Below are positions 49,466-61,650 of a stretch of DNA of 64,000 nt, in pieces. Below the pieces are notes generated by a model. That model saw nothing but the letters and a program-made list of their open reading frames with translations. It made no database searches and was not told the origin of the DNA. The stretch comes from Octopus sinensis. Lineage: Eukaryota. Location of the stretch: contig NC_042999.1 in NCBI RefSeq assembly GCF_006345805.1, positions 57,536,001 to 57,600,000 on the forward strand. Reading direction: 5' to 3'. The stretch's first letter is position 1; each line of letters starts with the position of its first letter. A program made the position numbers and the translations under genes.

Positions 49466-50639
49466 AACTGACAAACCTTACATTCCTTTATTGATATGTT
49501 ACAGACTTTGAAATCATCATCATCATTTAACGTCCATTGTCCATGTTGGCATAGGTTCAACAGTTGGCACACTGGAAGGCTGCACCAGAATCCAGTCTGA
49601 TCCAACTACAGTTGGATGCCCTTCCTAATGCCAACCACTTCGAGAGTGTAATAGGTGCCTTTACTCGCCACCAGCAAAGATTACTCAGTTATTGGACTCT
49701 ATATTAGTAGAGGAGATAGAGGTGATTATATGATTAACATATATATATATATGTGTGGCTGCCGGTTGTTAAGTCGTGAAATGTTGTTGTCTCTCATAAA
49801 ATTGCAGTATCGCAAGAAGTCTTCTTAAAAACAAACGTAACAGCCGCACACACAACTGTGCTAAGCTACTCTCTGGACTTTCTGGAGCAAATAGTGAAGA
49901 AATTTATATTAAGGACCGTGTAGAAGAGAAAGTTTGAAAATTTTCTGTGTACAGCTTCGACCTTACGAGATCCCACGTGTTGAACTTATTCGTATATTGA
50001 TGATACTACCTCACTCGCCGTCTATGGAAAGGATTCCTCTGTTCCTGTTGTGAGTCCTTCTTTTATTGTGGCTGCTTCGGGTGTCTCTTACCACCAGTTA
50101 TCCTTTACAAATTGGTACCCCGAACTAAAAGATCTACAGCTTTCGTTTCAACAGCCACTGAATTCGTATGCTTCACGACGTTCAACTTCAGGATTGCTTC
50201 TACATTATCATTCATCACAAGTGAAAAGACGTTAAAGTTTTTCATTTTGTCAATGACTTCCAGAGCCTATAACTAAAGGCTTCCTTGTGGCTGAGACCTT
50301 TGTGGTTTTTCAAACAAAAAAATTCACGGTTATTTCATTCTAACAACTTTTTGAACAGTTTTCTTCATGTTTTACGAGACGTCAGTTCATTCTTACACAG
50401 TGTCGTCTACTTGCTGAAAATAGCATTAAAATGCACGATTACATTTCCGAATGTATCAATAATTGATCTTTTTCAAAAGTAAGCCTGCTAGTTTGTTTTT
50501 TTTTGTTTTTTTTTTTTCATTTTGCTCCTTACTCACTTCACTCTCCCTCTCTGCTTGTCGAACAACTTAATGATTTTATTGTTGCTTATTTTTCTCTCTC
50601 TCTCTCTTTTCTTTCTCTCTCTCGCTCTCTCTCTGATCG

Positions 50640-53600
50640 GTCGTGTTATTCTTTGCTCCGCAGTGAAAGATTGTTTTTGTGCTGAAAATTGTGAAAATTT
50701 GCTGTTTTGGTCGTCGTGACCACTTCTTTTCTGCTGTTGCAGCAGAATTTTGCTGTTGTTTCCCCCTTGTTTCAAGGGGAAAGCGGCGAAAAACATGAAT
50801 TTGCCACAAATTTCTTCTGAGTCGGAGGAAAACTTTGAAAATTTGTTTGAAGGCATGAAGGCGAAAATGCGGGAGGAGGAAGGTAGAAGTAAAGAGTCGT
50901 CTCACGCGAGCGTTACAAAAGCAGACGACAAAATGTATAGCGAGGCTAAACAAGAGGAAAAGTCAAAAATTAATTTTGCGAGTGCAGCAACTCGCTCCTA
51001 TGAAAATATAGTCATAAACAAGGAGGATTTAAAGAAATACCAAGGACTACTAAAAAAAAAAGAAGGTGATAATGTGAAGTTGCTCCCTCCCAGTGAATTA
51101 ATTTACGCGATGGAGAGAAAAACTTGTGATATATAAAACATATCATGTAAAAAATTTTAAAAATTGACTTCGTGCCGAGGGAAGCGATAGAAAAATGTTT
51201 GAGGCCGATATGGCAACAAACAAGCTACATAACGAGGGGTAGTCGCTTTGGCAGAACTTCAAAAATCACGGTCACTGATATACCACCCGAAATCGATGTG
51301 GCCTGGGTGATAGCCGCTATTCTCATAGGCAAAGAAGAAGAAATTTCAATTCTTCAATCTAAGAGATACCACCACATGAACTGGGTTGGACAAGATTTAG
51401 AGCTTGTCGTCCAAGCAGACCCCTCAGACTTAGAAAAAATGCCCAGTTCCCTTACAATTGGAGAAAATACCAGCCTGATAGTGGTAGTCGAGGGGAGAAA
51501 GCCCAGATGTTACAAATGTGGCGAGAAAGGCCACATAAGGTCGAGCTGTAAGAAGAAGACAGTCAAAGAAAACGCAGCAGAAGAGGCAAGCACGACGCCG
51601 AAGACAACGACCATACCGCTTGAAATAGCAGCCACGTCGCGCACACCAATTGCCGAAGTACAGCCGACAGCGGGAGAAAACAACAACAACCAGGAGTGGG
51701 TCACCGTGGAACCTTCAAAAAGAAGACGGAAACGGAAAAACCCACCCTCTTCGGATACACAGGACTACCGACTATGCTCCGAGACAGACAAGTACACCCA
51801 CACCCACAGTCGCAAACACACACGTAGCCAAAAAAAACACACACACACTGGAAAAAAGCACACGCAAACACACACACACCTACCACAAGCACACATACAC
51901 ACACCTACAAACACACACACCCCTCCACAATCGCCTAATATAAAAAAGAGAAACACCTTCACGGCGATAAACAAAAATAATAAACACTTAAGAGACCAAA
52001 TTGGTTTAATTAAATCGGCGAAAAAATATATTGCAACAGCTGTAAATAGTATTATTCTTGAAAATGTGAAGTTTTATACCATAGAAAATACTGACTATTT
52101 CGAACTAAAAAAAATCTTTTGCGGAGGACGTCGGCCCGTTACAGATGAACTTTTCGAGTCATCTGTACAGGCAATTCGCGAAAAAAATGACCTCGCAAAC
52201 CACAACACTCACAGACAGAAAAGAGGAGGCTGAAACCACACCGTCACTCACTTTAACTCTGTAAGTTTTAAACATTCGACTTATTTTTCACATTCTCGTT
52301 TAAACTCGGTTGTTTAAATATTCGCGGCCTGGGGTCGTATTGGAAGCAAGGCTACCTCCTTAACGACCTTGGGTCGCATCGTTTGGATGTAGTTGTAATT
52401 ATCGAATCCAGACTGAGTGGGCTGCAGGCTTTTTCGTCCCTTCTAAACGGCTACGAGAAATACGTTTCTCCCCATCGACCGGGAGGGAGCGGAGGAGTGG
52501 CAGTGCTGGTCAGAAAAAACCTGGATTTAGAAATTAGAACTGTCTTTATAGATCCGGAAGGCAGGTTGGTCGTTTTGGATGTGACGCATAGCAGTGGTAA
52601 AGTGTTCAGGCTGGTCGCTGTCTATGCTCCCTGTGAAGGAAAAGCTGGGCAGAAAGATTACTTCAAAAGCCTAGAGAATTTTCTCGGCACATCGAACACG
52701 TTAGTATTGCTAGGTGACTTCAACATAATTTGCGATGCACGCGTAGATTATGCTGGCTCGAGAAAGAATAGGAGAGAATTACCTCACCTCAATGATCTGC
52801 TAAGTCGTTTCGAGTTGGCAGATCGATTCAGACTGGACCACCCAGACTGGGCAAGAAACGACGGGTCATCCAGATCTTACATAGATAGAATCATTACTAG
52901 AAGGAAAGATAAGAAAATACTTAGCTGTCCACAACACCATATCGTCAGCTACAGCGATCACTAATTAGTGACCTGTATACTCGACATAGATAGCATGTGT
53001 AGACGAGGTACTGGTTACTGGAAGCTAAACAAGTCACTATTGGACTGTGAAGCCTACAGGAAGCGGATTAAACAATTAGTAATGAGGGCGTTAACCGAAT
53101 CCATTATCAACAACAAATGGTGGTACGCCCTGAAAAGAGCCATCAAATTTGGGTCAATTAGGTTTAGCAAAGAATTAGCTAGTGCTAGAAACAAAGTAGA
53201 AAAGGAACTAGTTAAGGCAGTAGATGAGGCAATGAGGTCAGGCAGTGCATTGAAAGTGTTAGCGGCGAGACTGGCACTCGACCAACATCTCAAAGCTAAA
53301 CATGAAGGGTGCATTGTCAGGGCTAAGATCCATGCAATGAAACAGGAAGGGATCAACGCAGCCGATGGGCCCGGATGGTAGAGGGCCAGCGTGGCAACAA
53401 CTCAACCATTCGATCTTTGATAGACCCAAGTGGTCAATCAGTAAACGAACCCGTGGAGATGTGCAAGGTGTTTCACGATCATTTCGCCCAGCTGTTCGGG
53501 AGGAGCAGCGGACTGGAGTGCAGGGAGAGGCTCGCAGACTTCCTAGCCGGTTCGCCGCGTCTATCGAGGCCGGATGCGGAATCTTGTGAGGTGCTGATCA

Positions 53601-56310
53601 CAGCCAAGGAAGTTGAGGATGTGTTGGCAGACTGCGGCAGGGACAAATTGCCGGGACTCGATGGTCTGCCTTACAAACTCTATAATAGCATGCCAGACTT
53701 GTTTGGGTACCTACTTTCATGCGTGTACACCAACTGGCTGCAGAACAGGAGAATTCCCAAGTCTGTGAGCCAAGGGGTGGTAGCGCTGTTAAGAAAGGAC
53801 CCAAACAAGGGGGATTTAATTGATAATTTTTGGGTCATCACTCTGCTTAACACAGAGTTGAAGATTTTGGCCAAGGTCTTAGCCAAAAGGTCGGCGCGGG
53901 TCGTGGGTGAACTTGTTGGTGAGGCGCAAACTTGCGCCATCCCTGGAAGGACCATCCATGACAATCTCCACTTTCTACCTTAGAAAGGGTAAATAGGATT
54001 CCTGGCAAGGGTGGGGCTATAGTCAACTTGGACCAATCAAAAGCGTTCAATAGGGTGGACCATCAATATCTGATGGCTGACTTCGGCCCGACCTTCCGCG
54101 GATGGATCAATGCTTTAAACAGCAACATCGAATCGGTAGTTCGGGTGAGCGGTTTCTTTTCGGAGCCGTTCCGCATTGAACGTTTGGTATGTCAAAGGTG
54201 CCCTCTCTCCCCGCTTCTCTACGTTTTGGCCCTTAAGCCATTGCTGAGGAGATTGGAAACTATGAGGGGCACTCCGCAAGATCTAGGGTTCGGAAAGTCA
54301 GCTTCGGCATATGCGGACAACATCACCGTCATCGTATCCCGGGTCGAGCACCTACAGTGGGTGGGTGAGGCCTTAAGGGAAAACGAAACGGTGGCAGGAG
54401 CAAAAGTCAACCGGGATAAATCGGTCGGCTTGCAACACGGCACCTGGAGGGGCAAGTCGATGTCTTCCAACAGCATCGTAGGACGTTGGACGGAAGGGCT
54501 GGTGAAAATGCTTGGAATCTGGTTAGATCCAGATCTCCAGATAGAGAAGAATTGGAGCGAGGTGGCGAGAAAGGTGGCCCCCCTAACTCAGACCTGGTCT
54601 GAGTGGAAGCTGTCCTTGAAAGGGAGGGCGGAGGTTGCAGAGGTGTTTATTGCCTCTGTAATCACTTACTGCCTGAACAAGCTGGAACGCATGCTCTTTC
54701 GCTTTTTGTGGAGGGGCAGCAGACCTCTTGTAAGGCTCTATCTGCTGCCAAAAGCCGCTGAAGGGTGGGTTAGGGATGCCGTGGCTAAAAATGCGCAGAC
54801 ATGTGCTCAGGCTTAGGCATCTCTGGCTTTATCTGGACGGTGAGCAGGTGTGGTCTCCGTTCGTCAAGCTGTTATTTCCACAGTTCACATCGTTTACCAA
54901 ACTGAACCCTTGGATCAAGTGTAGACCGAGGTTGGGCGTGTGGCATGCAGAGTGCCATGAGGCACTTGTGCTTCTCTCCCAGTCGGGCAACGCCAGTAGC
55001 GAGGGTACCACCTCGTTCTTCTATAGACGGTTAGTAGAGTTTAAGTGTGATGACGTCTTGGGAGAAACCCTAGGCTTCGACGAAGATCAACTGGCCAGCC
55101 TGTTCCAAAGAACATTCGGTCTGGGGCCTATGGATAATTACCAAAAGTCCCTGGCCTGACAATGTTACAGAGGAGCTTTACCGGTTTGAGATAAGCTCTT
55201 TAGACATGGGTGTGCACCTTTGCCGGTTCGTGCAAGATGCGAGCGGGACAGTTAAACTGTCCTGCATGCGATTGCGCAATGCCCTAAGGTGACTGAACTC
55301 TGGGCTTATGTCGAACACCTGCTGTTGCATTTGAGAAGAGTACAACTGTTAAGCGAATCTGTAATTAAGGTCGTTCTGCCGACCTCCCTGAATAGGGAGG
55401 AGCAAGCCTGTTTTCTCTCGGAAGTTGCTGTGGCGAAAGAGGTAGTATGGAAGACGAGAGTGAAAGGAATTGCAACAGGCATGTTCATCTCCAGTCTCGA
55501 GCTAATCGACTTTTTCATTTTCCACATGAAACAGAAAATAAGGCTGGAGAAGAAATGCCTGTCGCAAAGTGTGTTTCGTAAAAGATGGAAGTATATAGCA
55601 AGTATGTTGCGAGTGAAAGAACCTGTTTAATCGAGAATGTAAAAAAGGAGAAAGCAAAGTCTTCAGTGTGAGTATGTGGTTTGTGGGGTCAAGAGCATCC
55701 TCTGCTTCATTTTGTTAATCACTCATTCTCATTTAATTGTTTGATAATTCATACGTTTCGTCTCATTCGATACTCTGACCCCAACGTTTGTTTTGTCTGT
55801 CCCCATATTGTCCCCTCTCTCTCTCCCTCTCTCCCACACACACTTCTGACAATTGGAATGGGTATTCTTGTAGGTTAATTTTTTTTTTTTTTATCTTTAT
55901 GTGTAGGTCACTTGAGTACCATGTAGTCCAGTACAACCAGTTACTTGGTCGGGTCGTCGGCGACTAAACTAGCAACCCCACCAGGCTTGCTTGGTGAGGT
56001 GGGTGTTTGTTGGACACCCTGCAGAACAAAAAATAAGACCTGTCAAAGGGCGGAAGAACTACAGCGTAGTCAACGTGTGTGTGTGTGTGCATTGTATGTA
56101 TAGCATTTTTTTTAAAACTCTGTATATGGTGTATATATTGCATTTTAAACTCTGTGTATGTGTGTATAAAATGTACATATTGTATTATCACTGTCCCTTG
56201 TCTCGCCCGAGGCATTGTATCCCAGAAGAGGGATACAATTTTGGTCAACGGCTCAAATGGCATTTCGTGATCATTGGGACCCCAGTTTGGTTAATGACCA
56301 AGCAAAGGCG
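50640..56310 (+). mobile_element. Near full-length L1/Tx1-clade LINE (boundaries approximate)
   Basis: ORF1 with CCHC knuckle CYKCGEKGHIRSSC; ORF2 with APE (VAVYAP, LLGDFN, SYIDRI, YSDH) and RT (PGLDGLP, DQSKAFNRVDH, QRCPLSPLLY, YADN); ORF2 broken by stops and frameshifts. Confidence 0.9.
51172..52233 (+). CDS. Tx1/L1 ORF1, major open segment (zinc knuckle, His/Thr-rich tract)
   Basis: 353-codon ORF; upstream part 50750-51136 is in another frame. Confidence 0.7.
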   Translation: MPREAIEKCLRPIWQQTSYITRGSRFGRTSKITVTDIPPEIDVAWVIAAILIGKEEEISILQSKRYHHMNWVGQDLELVVQADPSDLEKMPSSLTIGENTSLIVVVEGRKPRCYKCGEKGHIRSSCKKKTVKENAAEEASTTPKTTTIPLEIAATSRTPIAEVQPTAGENNNNQEWVTVEPSKRRRKRKNPPSSDTQDYRLCSETDKYTHTHSRKHTRSQKKHTHTGKKHTQTHTHLPQAHIHTPTNTHTPPQSPNIKKRNTFTAINKNNKHLRDQIGLIKSAKKYIATAVNSIILENVKFYTIENTDYFELKKIFCGGRRPVTDELFESSVQAIREKNDLANHNTHRQKRGG

Positions 56311-56339
56311 TATGAACTAGTCTCCTCGTCATCATCTAT

Positions 56340-59300
56340 CAATGGGTGCGACTCCCTGATCTCGCTCTGCTGCCTTGTAGATAGACTTTTTAGTCAAAGG
56401 CTCCGGGTGGGGTTTCTTAAGCTAACCCCCTACTCCGGCCTAGGCAACCGGGTAGTATACGCTTACTGAAAACCATGGATCCTTTTCTCTCTTTCACCAT
56501 GGTTTGGATGTCATGGGCAGGAGGGGCTCGTCAGCCATGGTTGGCAACCCTCCTAGGAGAAGATAATTCCGACTTCAAACCTACGGCCCGAGGATCTAGC
56601 TGTCACTGTCCCAGCTTGCTAGGCCATGGCAAATGAACCTCATGCTTAAAGGGTGGGGCCAGTTTGCGTGCACTGCACTTCACCTTAAAAAATCCCTAGC
56701 GCAGGCCAAAGGACATGTCCATGTTCTGTGACCAGCCATCCTAAAAGCCTTGCAGTGACGGGAAAGGGGCGAAAGCGGCAGGTGGAAGATGTCACTGGAA
56801 GCCCTAGTCTCAACCCTACATGTAGGTGGCTCAGGACTTTGGTCGCCTGGTTGTCAACCCGGAGGTGACAACACCACTCAGCAGCATCCTGAGCGACCAG
56901 GGAGAGCATTGCCTGCTCCACATGGAGAGGGGCGGTAGAAAAGGTTCGCCTAAACAAAGCTCATCTCCTCTATACCCAGTTGGCTAACTGCGGTCAACGG
57001 GCATTTTCAGAGTGGTCGAACAAACATGGAAACAAAACTGAAGAAAAGTAAGCAGGAGTTGAAAGTTGCCTGCTGGAATGTCAGGACCATGCTTGACAAG
57101 GCTGACAGCAGCCGCCCGGAACGTCGTTCGGCTCTCAGCTCATGCACTCTCTTGTTTCAACATTGACATAGCAGCTCTCAGTAAGGTCCGCTTCGCTGAC
57201 GAGGGCAGCCTCAAAGAACGCAGCACTGGCTACACCCACTTCTGGTCTGGAAAACCATCATCTGAAAAACGTGTCAGGTGTAGGACTCATGGTGAGGAAT
57301 TCCATCACCTCCAAACTGTAAACGTTACGCACGGGCCACTCGGACCGCATCATATCCATGCGCCTACAACTGGAGAGCAAACAACATCTCACTCTCTTCA
57401 GTGTTTATGCTCCAACTCTACTGGCAGATCCCGCGGACAAAGACAGCTTCTATTCTGATCTGCACAGACTCTTGAACAACACCCCTGCAAATGACAAGGT
57501 CCTGATCCTTGGAAACTTCAACACAAGAGTTGGGAAGGACTCTGAGGCTTGGAATACACGGCATTGGTGGCTGTAATGACAACGGGCACCTCCTGCTCAA
57601 GTTCTGCACAGAGCACCAACTTGCTATTACCAACACAATCTTTCAACAGAAAGACCGTCTGAAAACAACTTGGATGCATCCCCGGTCCAAACATTGGCAT
57701 CTACTTGACTATGTGCTTGTGTGCCAGCGGGACCTGAAAGACGTTCTACACGCAAGAGTGATGCCCAGTGCAGAGTGCCACACCGACCATTGCCTTGTCT
57801 GCTGCAAGCTCAAACTGCAGTTCAAACCTAAACCCAAGAAGAAAGGTAACCCCGTAAAGAAACTCAATGTCAACAGCTTGTGCCAGGAGGAAGTGAAAAT
57901 CAAGTTCCAAGCAAACCTGCAGCAAAGACTAGACGAATTCCCCTGCACTGATGACACCACCCCAGACACCTTGTGGGAGAACCTGAAATCAGCCATCCTT
58001 AAGACATCTATGGAAGTTCTCGGACACACAAAGAAGAAAAACAAGGATTGGTTCGATGAAAATAACAAGGAGATCCAGGAATTACTAGCAAGGAAGAGGG
58101 CAGCTCATCAGGCCCACCTCGCACAACCAGCCTGTCTTGTAAAGAAAACTACCTTTCAACGTGCATGCAGCACCCTGCAGCGAAAACTCAGAGAAATGCA
58201 GAACGAGTGGTGGGACCAGCTGGCGTGGAGAACCCAGCTGTGCGCTGACCTCGGAGACTATAGAGGCTTCTATGAGGCTCTGAAAGCAGTGTATGGCCCC
58301 ACCCACCTGGTCCACCTGATCAGTGTCTACAGGGCCGTGGTTCTCACCACTCTTCTCTACGGCTCAGAGACCTGGATCACTTACCGCAGTCACATCCGTC
58401 TCCTCGAGCGCTTCCACCAGTGATGTCTCTGCACCATCCTCTGCACCTACGCAGTTCAGATGGACAGGATCTCCTCACTGATAACACCTCCATCCTCGTT
58501 CGCTGGTCCGAGCACTTCAAAAGCCTCTTCAGTGCTAACCGTACCGTACAGGACGCTGCCATCCTTCGCATTGCTCAACTTCCACTCAAAGAGGAGCTCA
58601 AAGAACCACCTGCCCTCAAAGAAACGATTGAAGCCATAGGACAACTCAAGAGTCGCAAAGCAGCAGGAGTTGATGGCATCCCACCAGAAATCTGGAAGAA
58701 TGGAGGTCTGATGCTCCATGACAAGCTCCATGATTTTCTTGTCTGCTGCTGGGAGCAGAGCAAGCTACCACAGGATCTTCGCGACGCCGTCATCATAATC
58801 CTGTACAGGAACAAGGGTGAAAAGTCTGACTGCTCCAACTACCGGGGAATCACCCTATTCTCCATCACCAGCAAAGTACTTGCCAAGATCCTGCTCAATA
58901 GGCTAGTACCAACCATCGCTGAAGAAAACCTCCCTGAGAGCCAGTGTGGCTTCAGAGCCAACAGGGGCACAACGGATATGGTGTTCATCTTCCACCAACT
59001 CCAGAAGTGCCAAGAACAAAACGGGACTCTATGCTAATTTTGTCGACCTTACAAAAGCATTTGATACAGTGAGCAGGATAGGACTATGGCTCATCTTGGA
59101 ATGACTTGGCTGTCCCACCAAATTTCTACAGCTGCACGAGAATCAGTGTGGTCAGATCAGACTCAATGCTGACCTGTCGGAGCCCTTCCCCATTTCTAAC
59201 GGCGTGAAGCAGGATTGTGTCCTGGCACCGACTCTCTTCAGCATCTTCTTCAGCATGATGATCAGGCATGCAACTGAAGATATGGAGGATGAGGATGGAG

Positions 59301-60370
59301 TGTATGTTAGGTATCGTCTGGATGGCAGTCTCTTCAATCTACGGCGCTTCCAAGCCCACACCAAGACCTAGGAGAGGTTGATCCGAGACCTTCTCTTCGA
59401 AGACGACGCTGTCCTTGTCGCCCATACAAAGCGAGCTCTACAGCGCATCATGTCCTGCTTTGCAGACGCCTCGTGGCTCTTTGGCCTGGAGGTCAGCCTC
59501 AAGAAGATGGAGGTACTTCACCAACCTACACTCCAAGAGGAATACCGCCCACCCTACATCACTATCTGCAGCACCGAACTGAAATAAATACAGCAGTTTA
59601 CATACCTGGGCTGCATCATCTCATCTGATGCAAGGATCGACAAGGAAATTAACAATAGACTTTCTAAGGCAAATAGCTCCTTTGGCAGATTGTACAAACG
59701 TGTTTGGCACAATAATAACCTAAAGAACAAAACAAAGATCAGTGTCTACAGGGCCGTGGTTCTCACCACTCTTCTCTACGGCTCAGAGACGTGGATCACT
59801 TACCGCAGTCACATCCGTCTCCTCGAGCGCTTCCACCAGTGATGTCTCTGCACCATCCTCAACATTCACTGGAGTGACTTCGTCACAAACATTGAGGTCT
59901 TGGAGCAGGCCGAGATCCCCAGCATTGAAGTCACGCTACTGAAGTACCACCTCCGATGGGCAGGGCATGTCTCCAGAATGGAGAACCATTGCATTCCAAA
60001 GATTGCCCTGTTTGGCGAACTCTCCACCGGCCACCAAGTGAGAGGAGCTCCGAGGAAGCGCTACAAAGACTGCCTCAAGAAGTCTCTAACAGCATGTCAT
60101 ATTAACCACCAATGTTGGTCAGACCAGGCTATGGACCATGATGTCTGGCACCACATGATCTTCAACTCAGTCAGCAAGTTTGAGGAACAAAGAAGAGACG
60201 CAGGAGGAAGGTGCAAGCCGCTTCTGACACCACACCGGATGTTACCTTCGTCTGTGAACACTGCTTACGAACCTGCCTTTCCCATATCGGACTTGTCAGT
60301 CATGAGCGTGCATGCACGCGACGTGGACAGCCTTCCTGATCGTCGTTCGCGAAGCCGAGCCATGATGATG
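56340..60370 (+). mobile_element. RTE-BovB-type LINE, near full-length, disrupted
   Basis: VACWNVRTM, DIAALS, SVYAPT, KHWHLLDYVLV, KAAGVDGIPPE, YRGITL, QCGFRANRGTTDM, LLFEDD; (ATG)n tail. Confidence 0.92.
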
Positions 60371-61287
60371 ATTAACTTCACATTATTTTTTTTTTTGGTC
60401 CTTGCTGGGTGGAAAGGCAAAGTTGACCCTAGCAGGATTTGAACTTACAAAATAAAGAACCATGATTAACAGGTATTTTTGTCCAATACTCTACTGAGCC
60501 TACCTTTCCATCACCTTTATTATTTAATTATCATCCTCAACCAACATTCCTGTGCTAATTAAGCTTTTATGGCTACTAATGTTATCAAATCAATCCTTGT
60601 GCTCGTCATTTTCCAAATATACACAAGGTTTAACAATTATGAATTGATATTATCACCTTCATCAACATCTTTATCATTTGACATCCACTTTCCATGACAT
60701 GAGTCAGTTCTTATTTGAACCTATTGCCTCTTAGACATGTCAAAGGGTCATATCACATTTTAGGTTTGTCTTAGTTTCTACACTTGCATGCATTTCATAT
60801 CCCTGGTCACTTTACAGAGTATATTGGATGTAAAAGGTTTGTCAAGCCCTCAACAAGAATTGAGGGTCATTCACTAAGCATTTTAAAAAAGGTACTGTGT
60901 GCATTTTATCAATACACCTGTACTAGTGAGTGAGTTCTGTTTTGTATACTGTTAGATTAAAATGTCCCAGCATTCCAATAAATGCTTAAAATTACTTTGA
61001 AGTGAAGTAATTTCTATGAAGCTCAGAGGCTAGGATGTTAATGTGATTACATGTTCATGCGTTCAAAGCTTGTAACAACTATTGTGTTATGTCACTAGAT
61101 AAGATACCTAATCTCTACTTGCCAAAGTCTGCCTGGCTGACAACATACTCCACTTTTGACAGTAAAAAGGAGAGCCAGCTATGAAGACATTTCTTTTTAA
61201 ATACCCAGAATCAGTAAAAGCCATCATATCTATATTTTTATTGAACAATGGATAATAACAAGAACATACATATATATTAATACTTAC

Positions 61288-61453
61288 TTTTTTTATCAGA
61301 AATTTTGCCAGCTCAAGAATGGAAATTGAAAATTCACTGCCAATATTGTAAATTTCTCCATGTTTACCTTTATGGATAAGAGTGTCAATGGCATTGACAA
61401 TATCACTGACATAAATGAAATTTCGTACTTTTTGTCCATCTCCATGAATGGTA
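61288..61453 (-). CDS. TGDS: TGDS-like (dTDP-D-glucose 4,6-dehydratase) internal exon; 5' exons outside window
   Basis: TTTTCAG|T TIHGDGQKVRNFIYVSDIVNAIDTLIHKGKHGEIYNIGSEFSISILELAKFLIKK|GTAAGT; phase 0 matches the 47927 exon. Confidence 0.92.
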
Positions 61454-61650
61454 CTGAAAAGAAACAATGAGCAATATAAATAGATAACTTTTAGATAGTT
61501 TAGTATTTCATTTGACTGCTTACCTAACCACCAGTTGTTGATCATTTAATATAAGATAACTTAATATTTAATACGAGGATGAATCTTTTTCTTTTCACGT
61601 CTGAAAAGCCACATTAAGTTAAGTTTAAAAGATTGCATTAAAGATAGTCA

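Noticed and set aside
50480-56330. Sequence-specific (U2 snRNA or tRNA) target site for the Tx1 element
   Set aside because: No U2 or tRNA sequence and no TSD recognised at either flank.
56340-56470. Possible HDV-like ribozyme at the RTE 5' end (GCTCTGC..AACCCCCTACTCCGGC, alternative hairpins)
   Set aside because: No complementary P1 3' strand (GCAGAGC/T) or J4/2 found at suitable spacing; the nested pseudoknot could not be built by eye.
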